Below, one piece after another: positions 1-12,958 of a DNA stretch of 64,000 nucleotides (the stretch's first letter is position 1; each line of letters starts with the position of its first letter). Source of the DNA: Stegostoma tigrinum (lineage: Eukaryota); assembly GCF_030684315.1 (NCBI RefSeq), contig NC_081395.1, positions 7,489,310-7,553,309 on the forward strand, written 5' to 3'. Under the pieces are notes generated by a model, which ran no database searches, was not told the origin of the DNA, and saw only the letters and a list, made by a program, of their open reading frames with translations. The position numbers and the translations under genes are program-made.

Positions 1-155
1 TCCAACAGATAAAAATCAGCGTGCTTGAAGAATAAAAAGGCAGAAGAGGACTGAGGTGGGTTGAGTTTAAGAATCACAGAATTGTTACAGAGCAGGAGGA
101 GGCCATTTGGATCACTGCGACTGTGCCAGCTCCTTGGAAGTGCAATTTCTTAGTG

Positions 156-712
156 GCAAGGTGTGGAGCTGGATGAACACAGCAGGCCAAGCAGCAGAGG
201 AGCAGGAAAGCTGATGTTTTGAGTCTGGACGCTTCTTCAGAAATAGGGGAGGGGAAGGGGGCTCTGAAATAAATGGAGAAAGGGGGAGGCGATAATAGAA
301 AGTGGATAGTGCAACAGGTGGGTGGAGAGAAGACAGACAGGTCAAGGAGGTGGGGATGAAGCCAGTAAAGGCGAGTGTAGATAGGGAGTTGGGATGGGGG
401 TTGGTCAGTGAGGAGAGAGGGGTGGGTAAGTGGGAGGGAAGACGGACAGGTCAAGGAGGCAGGGATGAGGCTAGTAGAGGCGAGGTGAGTGTAGGTAGAA
501 AGTGGGGGTGGGTTTGGTCACTATCCATCTCTTATCACCTCCCCTTCTCTTTCTTTATTTCAGAGCCTCCTTCGCATCCCCCATTTCTGAAGAAGCGTCC
601 AGACCTGAAAGATCAACTTTCCTGCTCCTCTGATGCTGCCTGGCCTGCTGTGTTCATCCAGCTCCACACCTTGTTATCTCAGACTCCAGCATCAGCAGTT
701 CCTATTATTTCT
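156..712. mobile_element. Palindromic non-autonomous Penelope-derived element (family A)
   Basis: Left arm (~156-300, caaggtgtggagctggatgaacacagcaggcc...) is the reverse complement of the right arm (~530-680); purine-rich spacer; degenerate CTGAAGA...GAAA core near 588-610. Confidence 0.7.
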
Positions 713-939
713 TAGTGGCATTTTCCTGACTTCTCCCCATAAACCTGGCCAATGATCCTTTACAAATAACCATCTGATTCCCTTTTGAATGCCTCAATCA
801 CACTCTCATACAGCACATTCTTGGTCCAACCACTGTCTGTGCAATAAGGTTTTCCTCACACCACTTTACCCGATTTACTTAAAGCCTGTGCCCTCTCATT
901 CAACATCCTTTTAGGGGTGGGATCATTTTCTTTAGTCCC

Positions 940-1200
940 TTTAAGGTGAGAGGGAAAGATTTAAAAGGAACCTAAGGGGTGAATTTTTCATGCAGAGGGT
1001 GGTATGTGTATGGAATGAGCTGCCAGAGGAAGCAGTGGAGGCTGGTACAATTAGAACATTTTAAAAGGCATCTGAATAGGAAAGGTTTAGAGAGATATTG
1101 GTGAAATGCTGGCAAATGGGATGAAATTAATTTAGGGTATCTGTTCAGCCTCGACAGGTTGGACTGAAGGATCTGTTTCTGTGCTGTACATCTCTATGAC
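940..1200 (+). mobile_element. CR1-like LINE 3' fragment
   Basis: Motif aggtgagagggaaagatttaaaagg...tggaatgagctgccagaggaag, which recurs many times in the window. Confidence 0.75.
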
Positions 1201-2649
1201 AAAATTGCTGTTGGAAAACACTTGCTCACAAATCTGTTATATACCACTGTATTGGCAGCCTTCTGAAGGTCCACACGTCCACATCAACAACAATGCCCTA
1301 GTCAAACCTGTTATCTGCTAGAAAAAGTTCCAGTTAATTAGTTAAACATGATTTTATCTGAAGATATCTATGCTGGCAGTCATTTGGTAGTACAGCTCTA
1401 GTATTGCTGAAAAGAAACCCATTATGTTGGTGCATTTTCTCTTGCACTCATCAGGATATCAGTAAGGCTAAGTGTATGGCACTTTTGCACGTCCTAGAAG
1501 CCATATGTGTTAATACCCAAGGCTCTGCTTTTAGAAGTCCAAACAAAAAACATGTACCCACACTGCACCCTGCTTCAACTCCAACAAAATAGGTGACTGT
1601 ATAGCTCTGGTTCATTTCTCAGGGGATACCCTGACCAATCACTCAACTGTCTGGTTTAATCTTAAGCAAAGCTTGGCAATTGTCAATCATGAATCTCCTG
1701 CATTCTCCAAGGCAACACCTCTACCAGAGCTTTCTTTGCAACCAACCAAACCACACCCCTACCTTGTTTTACAGTTCAAAGGTTGTTTGCCCTCAGAATA
1801 GCCTGCAAACAGGTCCTTTGAACCATCGAGTCCACACCATCCCTCTGAAGATTATGCTACCCAACCTGTATTTCCCATGGCTAGTCCACCTAGTCTGCAC
1901 ATTCCTGGATAATATGAGCAATTTGGCATGGCCATTCAACCTAAACTGCACACCTTTGGATCTCTACATAGGTATTCTTGCAAATTGCTGACTGCCAGAC
2001 AAAAGGCTTTAACAAAATGTCTGTGTACAGCAACACTCATAACCATGTAGGTGCGACTTAATCAACCTACAGTCACCCATGTGACTGCTAACATTGTCCT
2101 TAGCTTTCACTACTAGAGGTTTCCCAACTAAGTGTTAAACTGACTAGTCTGTAATTGCTTAGCCTACCCTCACGTCCTTTTTTCAGCAAGGGCATTACAT
2201 TTGTAATTTTCTAATCAACTAGAGTCTAAGGAAGACTAGAAAAATATTGCCAATGCCTATGCATTTTCCACGGTCACTTCCCTTTGTAACTTTGTATGTA
2301 CTTCCTTTGGTCCTGCTGGCTTCTCAAATATTAAGGATAATAGCAGTTTTAAACCTGCCTACAAAATCTCCCCTTTTTTTGTAATAACATCTTTGGTAAA
2401 AGCAGGTACAAAGTACACATTTAATACTTCAATCACATCCTTGATTATCAGTCTTTAATTGGCTCCCGTCTTTCACTACCCTTTTACTATGCCTATAGAA
2501 TGTTTTGAAACTCCATCAGTCTTAAATTTAATTTCTCACTTCCCCTCTGACTCTTCTATGTTCAGCCTGGCTGTCAACTGTACTCTTTAACTTGCTATGT
2601 CAATAAATGCATCTTTTCTTCTTTGTCATTTCTACCTCTCATCACCTTT

Positions 2650-3706
2650 GGATTTGGACAAAAATCACATGATACCAGGTTATAGTCCAACAGGTTTATT
2701 TGAAGACACAAGCTTTCCGAGTCTCACTCTTTCTTCAGGTGTCAGAGAGAGAGGTGGCATTAGACACAGAATTCATAAGCAAAAGATCAAAGGGTCTTAG
2801 AACTGATGCAGTGTTGAACAAACCTAAGGTGCTGAAGGACACCCTCATAAAAACAGGATACAATGCTCAACTCTCTGATGAAGGGTCTAGGCCCGAAACG
2901 TCAGCTTTTGTGCTCCCGAGATGCTGCTTGGCCTGCTGTGTTCATCCAGCCTCACATTTTATTATCTTGGAATTCTCCAGCATCTGCAGTTCCCATTATC
3001 TCTCACAATGCTCAACTCATTGATCATCAGTTTCAATGTGTCACAGCGAAAAAACCTAATGACCTAGGAAGACAGACACATGATACAACTGCTAGGGTAT
3101 CCTTTGTTGTCCAGCATTTCCCGGGAGTGGAGAAACTACACCATGTTCTTCACAACTTTCAATTCATCATTGATGTAAATGAGCACCTCACCAAGATCTT
3201 CCCTATGCCTCACTTCTCACCTTCAAACCGCCAAACCTTAAACAGACCACTGTTCGCGGCAAACAACCCAGCCTTCAGGACAACATTGACCACAATACCA
3301 TATAACCCTGTCATGATAACGTCTGCAAGACGCCAAATCATTGACATGGATTCTACCATCACACAAAGGAACACTACACCCCAAGTGCACAGCTGATACT
3401 TAGTTGACTTGGCCAACATTGTCTACCTTATATGCTGCAGACAAGGATGCCCCAAGGCATAGTATTTTGGCAAAACCACGCAGGTGTTACAACAATGTAT
3501 GAATGGACACCACACAATCATCCATCCTAGCGGGGGAACACTTCAGCCATCAAGGACATTTGGCCTCGGATCTTCGGGTAAATATCCTCGAAGGCAGACT
3601 TCAAATGCAGAATCACCCAGCAGAGGCTGATGGTCAAGTTCGGTATCCATGATGGCCTCAACCAGGATCATGTCATACTATGGGTGACCCCAGTACACTT
3701 ATACGG

Positions 3707-3740
<34 letters not shown>

Positions 3741-4275
3741 TCTCTCCCCCCAACATGTAAATAAATCTATGGGGTGAATTTGCAAATTTTTAATTGCAGA
3801 TACATTCTATTTTATTCAAAAAGCACACAATTTGTAGACATTCAATGCAGCATTTTTATAAATTCCTACTTTGGAAATAAAACCAGTCTGATTCCAAATC
3901 GACATACAGCCAGATTCTAAACGTGACATTCACACCTAAAATGCACCGTCTAACCCGGGATGTCACCTCTTGTATACGGAGGGAACTGATAAAACCTCTA
4001 CTTTTCTCAGGGTGGTGACTTGGAAGAGATTTGCATATTAATCCTTTCTAACTGATTTAAGATTTAATAACCATTTTAGGTTTGTTCAATACACTATCAG
4101 TTCTATGACCCCTTTGTCTTTTGCTTATAAATTCTATCTGATGCCACCTCTCTCACCGACACCTAAAGCAGACTCTGAATACTTGGTGTCTTCAAATAAA
4201 TCTGTTGGATAACAACATGGTGCTTTGTGATTTTTGAGTGTGTCTTCCCCAGCCAAACACCGGGACCTCCACATC
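2650..4275 (+). mobile_element. Degenerate Penelope-like retroelement with GIY-YIG remnant and inverted terminal repeats
   Basis: ~3415-3510 translates as NIVYLICCRQGCPKA*YFGKTTQVLQQCMNGH (GIY-YIG-like, with a stop); 2657-2828 is an inverted copy of ~4076-4235. Confidence 0.7.
2874..3004 (+). mobile_element. Short element with minimal hammerhead core and 14-bp TSD
   Basis: CTGATGA-A-GGGTCTAGGCCC-GAAA-CG-TC at 2875-2902; flanked by acaatgctcaactc at 2860-2873 and 3005-3018. Confidence 0.75.
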
Positions 4276-4945
4276 TCGGGATTTGTTGTTTGCTCTGCTT
4301 TTCCCTTTCAAGGTAACGTCCCTTGACAAGGAACAAATCTCTACATGGAAGGTAGCCTACTGTTCAGCTGCCATCTTTCTTGCCCACCCTTGACTCCAAT
4401 CATCCTAATGATATTTGCTTTCTTTCAATTAGTCATTCTTACTCTGGCTTATTCAATGATCCTTTTCCATTATCACCTTAAGTCTTGCAATACAGCGACC
4501 ACCATCCTCCAAATATTCTCACTAAAAATCTATTTGGCCCGTATCATTCCCAAGAGTGAAATCTAAGAATGCCACATCTTGCTGGACACATAGCAAGATC
4601 TCTTGAACGTACTCCAGGAGCTATTCCTCTGTCCCAAAACTACTACAATCACCCATACTTGAAGCGCCTCCATTATAACTACTCATAAATTTTAGATCGA
4701 AATGCCTTGCAGAATTGTTCCTCTGCATCCTTCTGACAAGTTGGTGGCTTATAGATTACACCAAGCAATATAACTGCATTGACTTTGTCCTTACGCCTTC
4801 TGGGATATCCCCTTTCCAGCAGTGCAATGCTGTCTTTTAATCAATACCAAGTCACCTAGTCCTCTGAGGGTGGAAGTGGATGACAAAACAGCTTGAAATA
4901 TGAGAACATCAAGTCAAGACAGACACAATGATATTTCAGACTAAT

Positions 4946-4951
4946 TTTATT
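4946..4951 (-). terminator. Candidate polyadenylation signal of the RBM14-like gene
   Basis: AATAAA on the minus strand at the end of a largely repeat-free ~1.8-kb stretch downstream of the stop; another AATAAA lies at 6421-6426. Confidence 0.45.
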
Positions 4952-6752
4952 GAATTTCACTACATGTTACGATACAAACACCCCTCCCCATCCCCTGTCC
5001 AACTCTAATTTCAGACACTGGTTCTCTAGCATAGGCAATTATGACAAACTAAATCATTATCATAGTTAAAGAAAATTAAACAAACCTCATTTTAAATTGT
5101 GTAACATGAGACATGTAAACTCACCTCCCCCCAATTCTTCTACTCTTCCATCCACTCACTACCCAACAGCCCACAGAAAACCCTATCTTGCTGTTTCTCT
5201 TTCACCACCCACCCTCACCCAAGATGCCAGATCACACTGGTTATGTTCATGCAAGTGGCAGTTCCCCATTGGCATTGCCCAGGAGGGTCATCCATAATAC
5301 CTAGGGTAAATTTAATGTTCAACTATAGGTGACATCATGATGGAACCATGTCCTTATTGCCTCAAACAAAAACCATACCCGTTTCAAGGAGTCTTCATCT
5401 AGCCCTCAGACACGAATGCTGCAGGACTTTGACTCTGCCCAGAAGGAAATTCAATCAATCATCCCATGTTGGCAGTGTTGCCATGGCAATCATTTGAAAC
5501 ATACAATCCCAGTCACAGACACACATACGTACACACACTTCCAATCTCAATCTGTTTGGAAACATACATTCTGCCCTTGTGCAGCAAGTCCAAAGAGCCA
5601 AACACCGGAAAATATGAAAATGCCTGCCAGTCTCCCCACCCTGGCTTCCTCTTCATTCAAGTTCGACGGCACCAATGACAGCATGTCATTGCTTTTGGTG
5701 GTGAAATTTAGCAGTGAGAACATTTCTTTGAGGGGTGGGGAAGGGGGTTGGGAGGAGCCGGTTTCTCAGCAAAATTGGACCATTACCTGTAAAGCCAGCC
5801 GGTGAATTACGGGTCACACACTCTGCCACGCTGCCCGTGAGTGGACTCGAGGCTGCAGAAGGATAAAGGACTAAAATGAAAGAAAGCACAACCACGTAGG
5901 AGACGGCCTGTCTGCTCCTGTGCATCCCTTGGCAGCATGAATCCGAGCAGCAAGGTGCAGGAATGCAGCATCCGTCTGAGACAGAGTGCCTGAAATGCAG
6001 CTTTGAATTGTGTGGTTGATGATTCACAGTGGCGGTACAGTTAATTAAGTGTGAGGATTATTTAAAGTGGGGGGGAGCCCATTCAGCTTCACAGGTCCTA
6101 CAGCCACTGTGATTTACACCTTCAGGGCTGAAATAAGGAAGAGCGGCAGGTGCCTTGATACACACCACCCTTCAAGCTGTTTCTGTACGATCCATGAGTT
6201 GGACACCAGGCCCCACCCAGAGCAGCTCCCCACGAGAGAAGCAGCCTGCTGTCAAATCACAAGTGGTACTTAGATATCGTGGAAGTGAATATCACAGCCA
6301 TCGGTCCCTTAAGGAAGGGAAAACAGCAGAACAGGCTCCCCACTTCTTTAAAAGGCAGTACTGGACTGGAAGAACGTTATGTGAATGTGGCCTTTACCGC
6401 GGGGAAGAGGCAAAGTGAGGTTTATTGTTTCTTTCTGGTGTTTAGGGAAAGGAGGGGAAATGGTGTCGGGTTGGCTGGAAGAAAACCAAAATAAAATTGA
6501 CGAGTAACATCCGATCACAATCAGTGAGAAAGAGAGCGTTAAAGTGTGTTTACAGAACCTATGGATCACAAGGCAGGGCTCAGCGAATGTATCATTTTGT
6601 TTTGGAGAAAAAGAGATATAAATTTTGTTTTAAATGCCACGGTGCTGTCGTGCTGCGATCACGGGGTCGTGTATTCGTCTCGAGAGAGCAAACTTCTGTT
6701 CGGAGAGCGGCGGCGGCGGAGGAGGAAGAGAAGGAAGGAGGATATCGTCGGT

Positions 6753-6804
6753 TCATTGGGCATAGCGGGTGTCGGTAGTATTATCGTAGTCAAACTGATC
6801 ATAC
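6753..6804 (-). CDS. RBM14: RBM14/RBM4-family protein, coding exon 3 (R|YDQFDYDNTTDTRYAQ*)
   Basis: Acceptor CTTTTTCTCATAG; phase 2 matches the exon 2 donor; TGA at 6755-6753; an R|Y junction after YERTRLSP resembles the last RBM14 intron as recalled. Confidence 0.7.
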
Positions 6805-8149
6805 CTATGAGAAAAAGCACATTATGTCAATACAGGGCTGGCCGGAAAGGAAACGTTGCTCATGCATTCACTGAAGTAGGGGTAGGGCGTTTTCCAAGCT
6901 GCTAGGGCTCCAAATGAGGGGGATCAGGGATAGGGTTAAGTCTCTCATGGGACATGTGAGGGTGAAGCAGGACAGGGCTTTCATGCATGAGTTTTAAAAT
7001 GTGCGTTTCTGCCACAAAGAAAGGACCAATCTTTCTCTCAGAGAAAGCAAAACAGGACATCTTGCCACCTTTCTGCTTCCCATGCTCTGTGGGCCCAGAC
7101 ACCCAAAAAAGGGAGCTTGCTGCATATTACCCAGCTACCACGTTTTGCCAAGCTTTAAGTAATCACAGCCCAAAAGTATCTCACTGACTGATGTGCTGCA
7201 AGACCTCCTAAGCTGTTGCATTCAAGACTGCGAGCAATGATCAATCACTTGGATTTATGAATTACACCAGATGGCATTATCACTGCAGAGTACTATCAGA
7301 ACGTTTTGCAATCTCACAGCCTCTAGAAGAACTGTGTGAGATTGTATAACTGGAGAAGATGGGAGAGATGGTCAAGATATTTGATGCATTGAGCGTGTCT
7401 GAACGCAGAAGAAATAATTGGGAGGCGGAGATAAGTAACCACTGGATCAGTGAAATCGTCTCAGGCACAGGTTTGGGTACAAATTACCTGCCTACTCCCA
7501 AGTCTGCCTAGGAGAGATTTCAAGGCAAATAAAAAAGGAATGCCAAGAGAACACAACCCAGAATTGTATTTGTGGCAGGTGTTAGGGCAAAGAGAAGATT
7601 CTCAAAGCAAAAGAGTTTTGCAGCTGCTTGACTGGTTTGCATGCTGGACAGCATGAAGCTGTAAGGGTCAAGTGCAGTAATGAGAGGCTCTTGACACAAA
7701 GAACCCACACCACCACACCCTCCCACCCCCACACAAAAAAACCGGGCAGAAAGTCAACTTTTTATTGTTATATCTAAATATTGGCTCCATAAACTTCACA
7801 CTCTACCCCAGGTCCCTCAATACTGCACCAAAGTGTAAAGACAGGCTCACTCACATTACCTTCTCCCTCCAAAGCCCAAAAGGAAGTCATAACTGTTCAT
7901 AATATTAATTACCATTGTCTCAGTAACAAATATGGTACTTTTCTTATAAAGGTGGTGAGAAAAGGCATATATTCACAGGGACCTCATGCCACACACACAC
8001 ACACACACACGCACCCCCACCCACCTCACAGTATCTTGCAGTTGTAAACACTTCTATAGTCAGGACAAGTGGAAGGCTTAAAAAAAAAGTAATTTCCCAC
8101 GAAGCCGATGTTCAATAGCATTATGGTTCACTCAAGATTGTGGATGTGG

Positions 8150-8495
8150 TGTCAATCAAGCAAGGCTGCTTTTGTCCTGGATGGTGTCAAGCTTCTTGAG
8201 CGTTGTTGAAGCTTCACTCATCCAGGCAAGTAGGGAATATCCCCTCACAGTCTTGACTAATGCCTTGTAGACAGTGGGCAGGCTTTGGTGTGTCAGGTAG
8301 TAAGTTACTTGCTGCAGGATTCCTAGCCTCTGATCTGCTCTTGTAGCCACTGTGTTTATATGGCAAATCCAATTGAGTTCCCGGTCAATGGTAACCCCCA
8401 GGACGTTGATAGCAGGGGATTCAGTGACAGCAACAGCATTGAATATCAAGGAGCAGCAGTTAAATTATCTCTTGTTGGAGATAGTCATTGCTTTG
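8150..8495 (-). mobile_element. LINE reverse-transcriptase C-terminal remnant (CR1/L2-like)
   Basis: LGVTIDRELNW..HIN..ATRADQRLGIL motif; related copies at ~25490-25740 and ~27485-27660. Confidence 0.65.
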
Positions 8496-9686
8496 TCAGA
8501 GGAATAGGAATGTGGTGTTGAAGAATGTGAAAATCAGAAATCCCTGGAATGACGAACGTGAGCAGCTCTGTCCAAATCTCATTTGAGGTTGTGAAACAAG
8601 AGGGATACTTTTGATACAACTGAATGGTGGTCTCCGAGTGACGATGTGCAGTCAGACTGCAAAAAACCTATTGCACTCACCAAAAGTAACTCAGCAGTCT
8701 TGATTCAATTATCGCACAGCTGTCTTTTTAAAAATCCAGGAGGCGGCCATTTTGCGACTCAGGTCTATGCCAAGTCTCCAATTAAGTCTCACCTCACTTA
8801 TGAAAACCTTGATCAAATTCGCATCCCCCCACCCCAACCCCCACCAAATTAAAGTTATCTGCTCAATGGAGCATAATCCCAGCAACTTTGCTGTTGTGAC
8901 CAGAAATATTTTATCCTTGGTACCATATAAACAAATCTGTTTTAGTCTAAGACCTGGAGATAGGGAATGCTTTTCAGCATGAAGGAGTCTCAACTTGACA
9001 AACTGATAGCTCCAATGAGCCAACATGTTTTTGGTTTACTGCATAGGGTGACCAGCACGGTGTTAACTTCATGGGCTAGAACCTTATGCAGCCCAGCAGC
9101 TTCTAGTTCTCTGGTAAAGCACAGCTTGTGTACTCATCTCACAATGGTACTGTCCTTAACATAGCTCACAACATTCTCTCCAGACACAACCTCAGCCACA
9201 AAAGATTCTAGAAGCCGCACCACAACTACTGGCTGTCTCGCCGGAGCTTGCATGGCTCGATATGAAGGGCACACGTTATTCCCACAATTATTCCTCAAAA
9301 ATCCCCCAAACTGCACAGCTGACACGCAGAAGGGTTCCACCATTATATAATCCAGAAAAGGCAAAAGCATCCATGATTAGAGAGTGGCCTCCACTCCCAT
9401 CAACACTGCATACATAGCTTCATGGCAGCACTGGGCAACTGCGTTACTTACTGCAGAGCCTGCAGGATGCCTGAGCTGACATGACCCCTCCAAAACCAGG
9501 GCACTGCCCAAACAAGAATCTTCAAGGGACAGCTAGTGATTCCCTGAGGAAATGGAGAGACATGTTAAATTAACGGTAGGTTAGGCTGAACTGCCCACCC
9601 CACCACTAACACCATCAACCCCCAACTGAGAAGCCTCGCAGTCCCCCTTTGACTCCCCGGGTGTTTGGTCTGGAGCAGATACATAC

Positions 9687-10176
9687 CTGCTGATGCTATC
9701 GTCTATGTATTTCTCGGTCTGATATTTTGGCACGGTGAGTGGTGACAGGCGGGTACGCTCATATAGGGTGCAGTTGTTGGCCCCTACTACGGCTGTGCCC
9801 AAGCGGTTGGGGCTTCTCTCTCTCACATACTCAAGTGGCGCATAACCCGCGGCAGCACCCGCGGTCTGATAATCTTCATAATAGTCGTAATAGGAACCGT
9901 GGCCATAATCGTAATCGTAGTATGAATAGTAAGAGGGGTAATATTGAGCCTGGTACTGGTACTGGCTATACTGGTTATAGCGCACCGAGTGGCAATCTCG
10001 GGCCTGGTGACCCTGCCTTCCACAGCGTTGGCACACATCCCGCTGCCCACCAGACTTTCCATAGGTCGACCGGGAGAGCTGAACCCTGAGCTTGTTCCCG
10101 TTGAATTCCTGATTATCCAGACTGGCAATCGCTTGCATTGCATCTTCCTCCTTCTCCATGTGTATAAAAGCATAGT
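9687..10176 (-). CDS. RBM14: RBM14/RBM4-family protein, coding exon 2 (end of RRM2, CCHC knuckle, Tyr-rich region)
   Basis: Acceptor TTTTCAG| gives (D)YAFIHMEKEEDAMQAIASLDNQEFNGNKLRVQLS; contains CQRCGRQGHQARDC and YERTRLSP; donor CAG|GTATGT at 9686. Confidence 0.9.
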
Positions 10177-10929
10177 CTGAAAAGTACGAGGATCATATTT
10201 TAAACATTAGTGAAGTCTTCTTATTACTGCAACTAGCAAAAAGAGTCTCATACCTAACAACTGTTGCTACACCCAACCAGACACCTATTGCTATAAGACC
10301 CATCGACTTTTTAAGACAGAATTAGACAAGCCCAAGGAAGTTTTTGTCAAGGTTTGCCCTGAGCAGCTCCATGACACAGGACTCTGTGCACTGCAGTCTG
10401 TTCCCCAGGACGCACACCGAGACAAACACTGACTGTTTCTGTAAGACTATCAACTCAGTGAAGGGCACTCTTTGGTCTTCCAGAACACGGAGGAGTTGAC
10501 ACATTCCAAAGTCCAGGACTACATGCTGAGGGGCACACTAACACTTGAGGCAGTTTCTGTCAAAGCGCAAGGGGAAAGACCACTGTCTGAGGTCTTCCAA
10601 CTAAAGTTAACTGGGGATTCCATTCAATTATTGTACACTCCCAGTACCTCAATGCATGTAAATATAGTCTTGTCCAAGTAAGAAATGCAGTATGTTTGTT
10701 TACTTGATGTTACTGTACAGAACCAAACTGCATTTGTGACAATGCATTGAGAACTATGAATAAAAGCATTTTTTTGAAATAATAAAAATAGGACCCCAAG
10801 AAAGAACAGAATGGAGGACATTCTGAAACGAGAGACAGACTAGTGTGGAGCACTAGAAACAGTACGAACAGTGTTGGCAGAACAGCCTGTGTTTGCACTG
10901 CAATGCTGCCCACAAGACACAATTCAGGA

Positions 10930-11130
10930 CAATAAAGACAAAAACAAATTGCTGGACAAACTCAGGTCAGCACCAATGGAGAGAAACCAGAGTGTGTGTT
11001 TTGGGTCAAGTGACCCTTCCCCAGAATATTAACTCTGATTTCTCTCTCTAGACACTGTCAGACCTACTGAGCTTTTCCAGCAATTTGTTTTTCTTTCTGA
11101 TTTACAGCATCTGTAATTAGTTTGGTCTTT
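10930..11130. mobile_element. Palindromic short element (family B, Penelope-derived)
   Basis: Inverted arms aaacaaattgctgga / tccagcaatttgttt; same family as 18402-18642, 37860-38030 and 45995-46215. Confidence 0.6.
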
Positions 11131-11624
11131 GTTACTTTGCAATATAAATAAACCGTAGTCTTGTAAGGAGTTTGAACTGCCAATATTGCAGATGCCAAAC
11201 AAACCCTGGATGAAAAACAAAATAAAAATGCTGGTCAGGCAGCACCCATGAAGAGAGAGCAAGCTAACCTTTCAAGTCTAGTTCACTCTTGGAATCAGCA
11301 TTCCACACCATGGAAACAGACCCTTCAGCCCAACTTATCCACACTGATCAGATATCCTCAATTAATCTAGTGTCATTTGCCAGCATTTGGCCAATATCCT
11401 TCCAAACACTTCCTATTCATATACCCAGATGCAGCTGCAACTGTACCACCCTCTGCCACTATGTCTGGCATACACACCACACCCTGTGTGAAATATCTGT
11501 CCTTTAGGTTTCTTCCAATTCTCATCTTAAGCCTACGCCCTCTAGTTTTGGACTCCCCTAACCTGGTGAGAAGGCCTTGACTATTCACTTTATCCATGCC
11601 TGTCATGATTTTACAGAATCGTTG

Positions 11625-11940
11625 AATCCCTACAATGTGGAAACAGGCCATTTGGCCCTTCAATCCACACCAACTCTCTGAAGAGTGACCCAACCCCCTA
11701 CCCAAGCCCCCTCACATTCCATTCCCTAACCCACCAGACCTGCACATCTCTGGACACTATGGGTAATTTAGCATGACCAAGTCACCCTAGCCTGCACATC
11801 TTCGGACCATGGAGGAAACCAGAGCACCTAGCAGGGTCCTACACACACAGGGAGAACGTGCAAACTCCACAAAGACACTTACCCAAGGGTGGAACTGAAC
11901 TGTGCCCCTGGAGCAGACAACTACTGTGCCTCTATGCCAC
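11625..11940 (-). mobile_element. HE1/V-SINE-like element nested in a CR1 fragment
   Basis: Reverse complement of tggagtttgcacgttctccctgtgt (V-domain-like) with a tRNA-like head; CR1 3' sequence on both sides (~11290-12230). Confidence 0.7.
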
Positions 11941-12958
11941 TTTGTTACCTTCTGTAAAGGTCACCCCTCAGCCTCCAGCATTCTAGGCAAAATAGCCCAC
12001 AGCCTATTCAACCTCTCACTGTAGTCCAAACCCTCCAAACCCAGAAACATCATCAGGCTTTTCTGAAGCCTTTCAAGTTTCACAACATCGCTCCGTAGGA
12101 AGGAGACCGCAACTGAATGCTGTATTCCAAAAGGAGCCTAACCAATGTCCTGTAGAGCTGCAACATGATGTCTCAATTCCAATACTTGACAGATCTGACC
12201 AATAAAGGCAAGCGCACCAAATGCTTTGTAAAAAGGGGCCAGATATTGACACTTTTTTTAAAAAAAAATCATTTGTGGCACACAGGCATTGCTGGCTGGC
12301 CAGCCAGGGATTTATTTTTCATCCCTACTTGCCCTTTGAGAAGGTGGTGGTGAGCCACCTGCTGTTGACTGACCCATTAAGCCCTTAGGGGCAAAATTTC
12401 AGGACAATGGCCCAGTGATACTGAAGGAATAGACAATATATTTCCAAGTCAGGATGGTGAGTGGCTCGGAGGGGGATACTTGCAGGGGGTGGCGTCCTCA
12501 TGTAGAGAACATAGAACATTACAGCACAGTACAGGCCCTTCGGCCCTCGATGTTGCGCCCCTTGTCCTTCTAGATGTAAGCAGTGGCGGGTTTGGAAGGG
12601 GCCGCCTGAGAATCTTTGGTAAAATTCTTGTAGTGCATCTTGCATATGCACTCGCGGCTGTTACTGTGCTTGCTTCCACTCCATGAACGTCGCGACCTTC
12701 CAACATCATTTGTTTTCTGTACAGGATCCAGCCTCCACAGTAATGCGATCAGAGATAACGGGAACTGCAGATGCTGGAGAATCCAAGACAACAAAGTGTG
12801 GAGCTCCACACTTTGCCATCTACAGTAATGTGCTCCCCAAGGGTGAGCTGTGTTGATGGGCTGAACGGCCTGAGCGTCATGGCGGCCGACGCGGGGAACC
12901 CTCTGACCCCAGCGCCCCCGCCCGCCTCCAAACCCCGCTCCCGAAGCCGTGCGGTTAC

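Noticed and set aside
1-60. Possible tiny terminal exon (cag|ATAAAAATCAGCGTGCTTGAAGAATAA)
   Set aside because: Too short, with no upstream context or recognisable homology.
12570-12958. C-terminal part of the 243-aa ORF (GNRTASGAG...)
   Set aside because: Intron read-through past the GTAACC donor into repeat sequence; RRM2 is completed only by splicing to 10176. The listed upstream start at 13301 is TTG; the ATG is at 13289.
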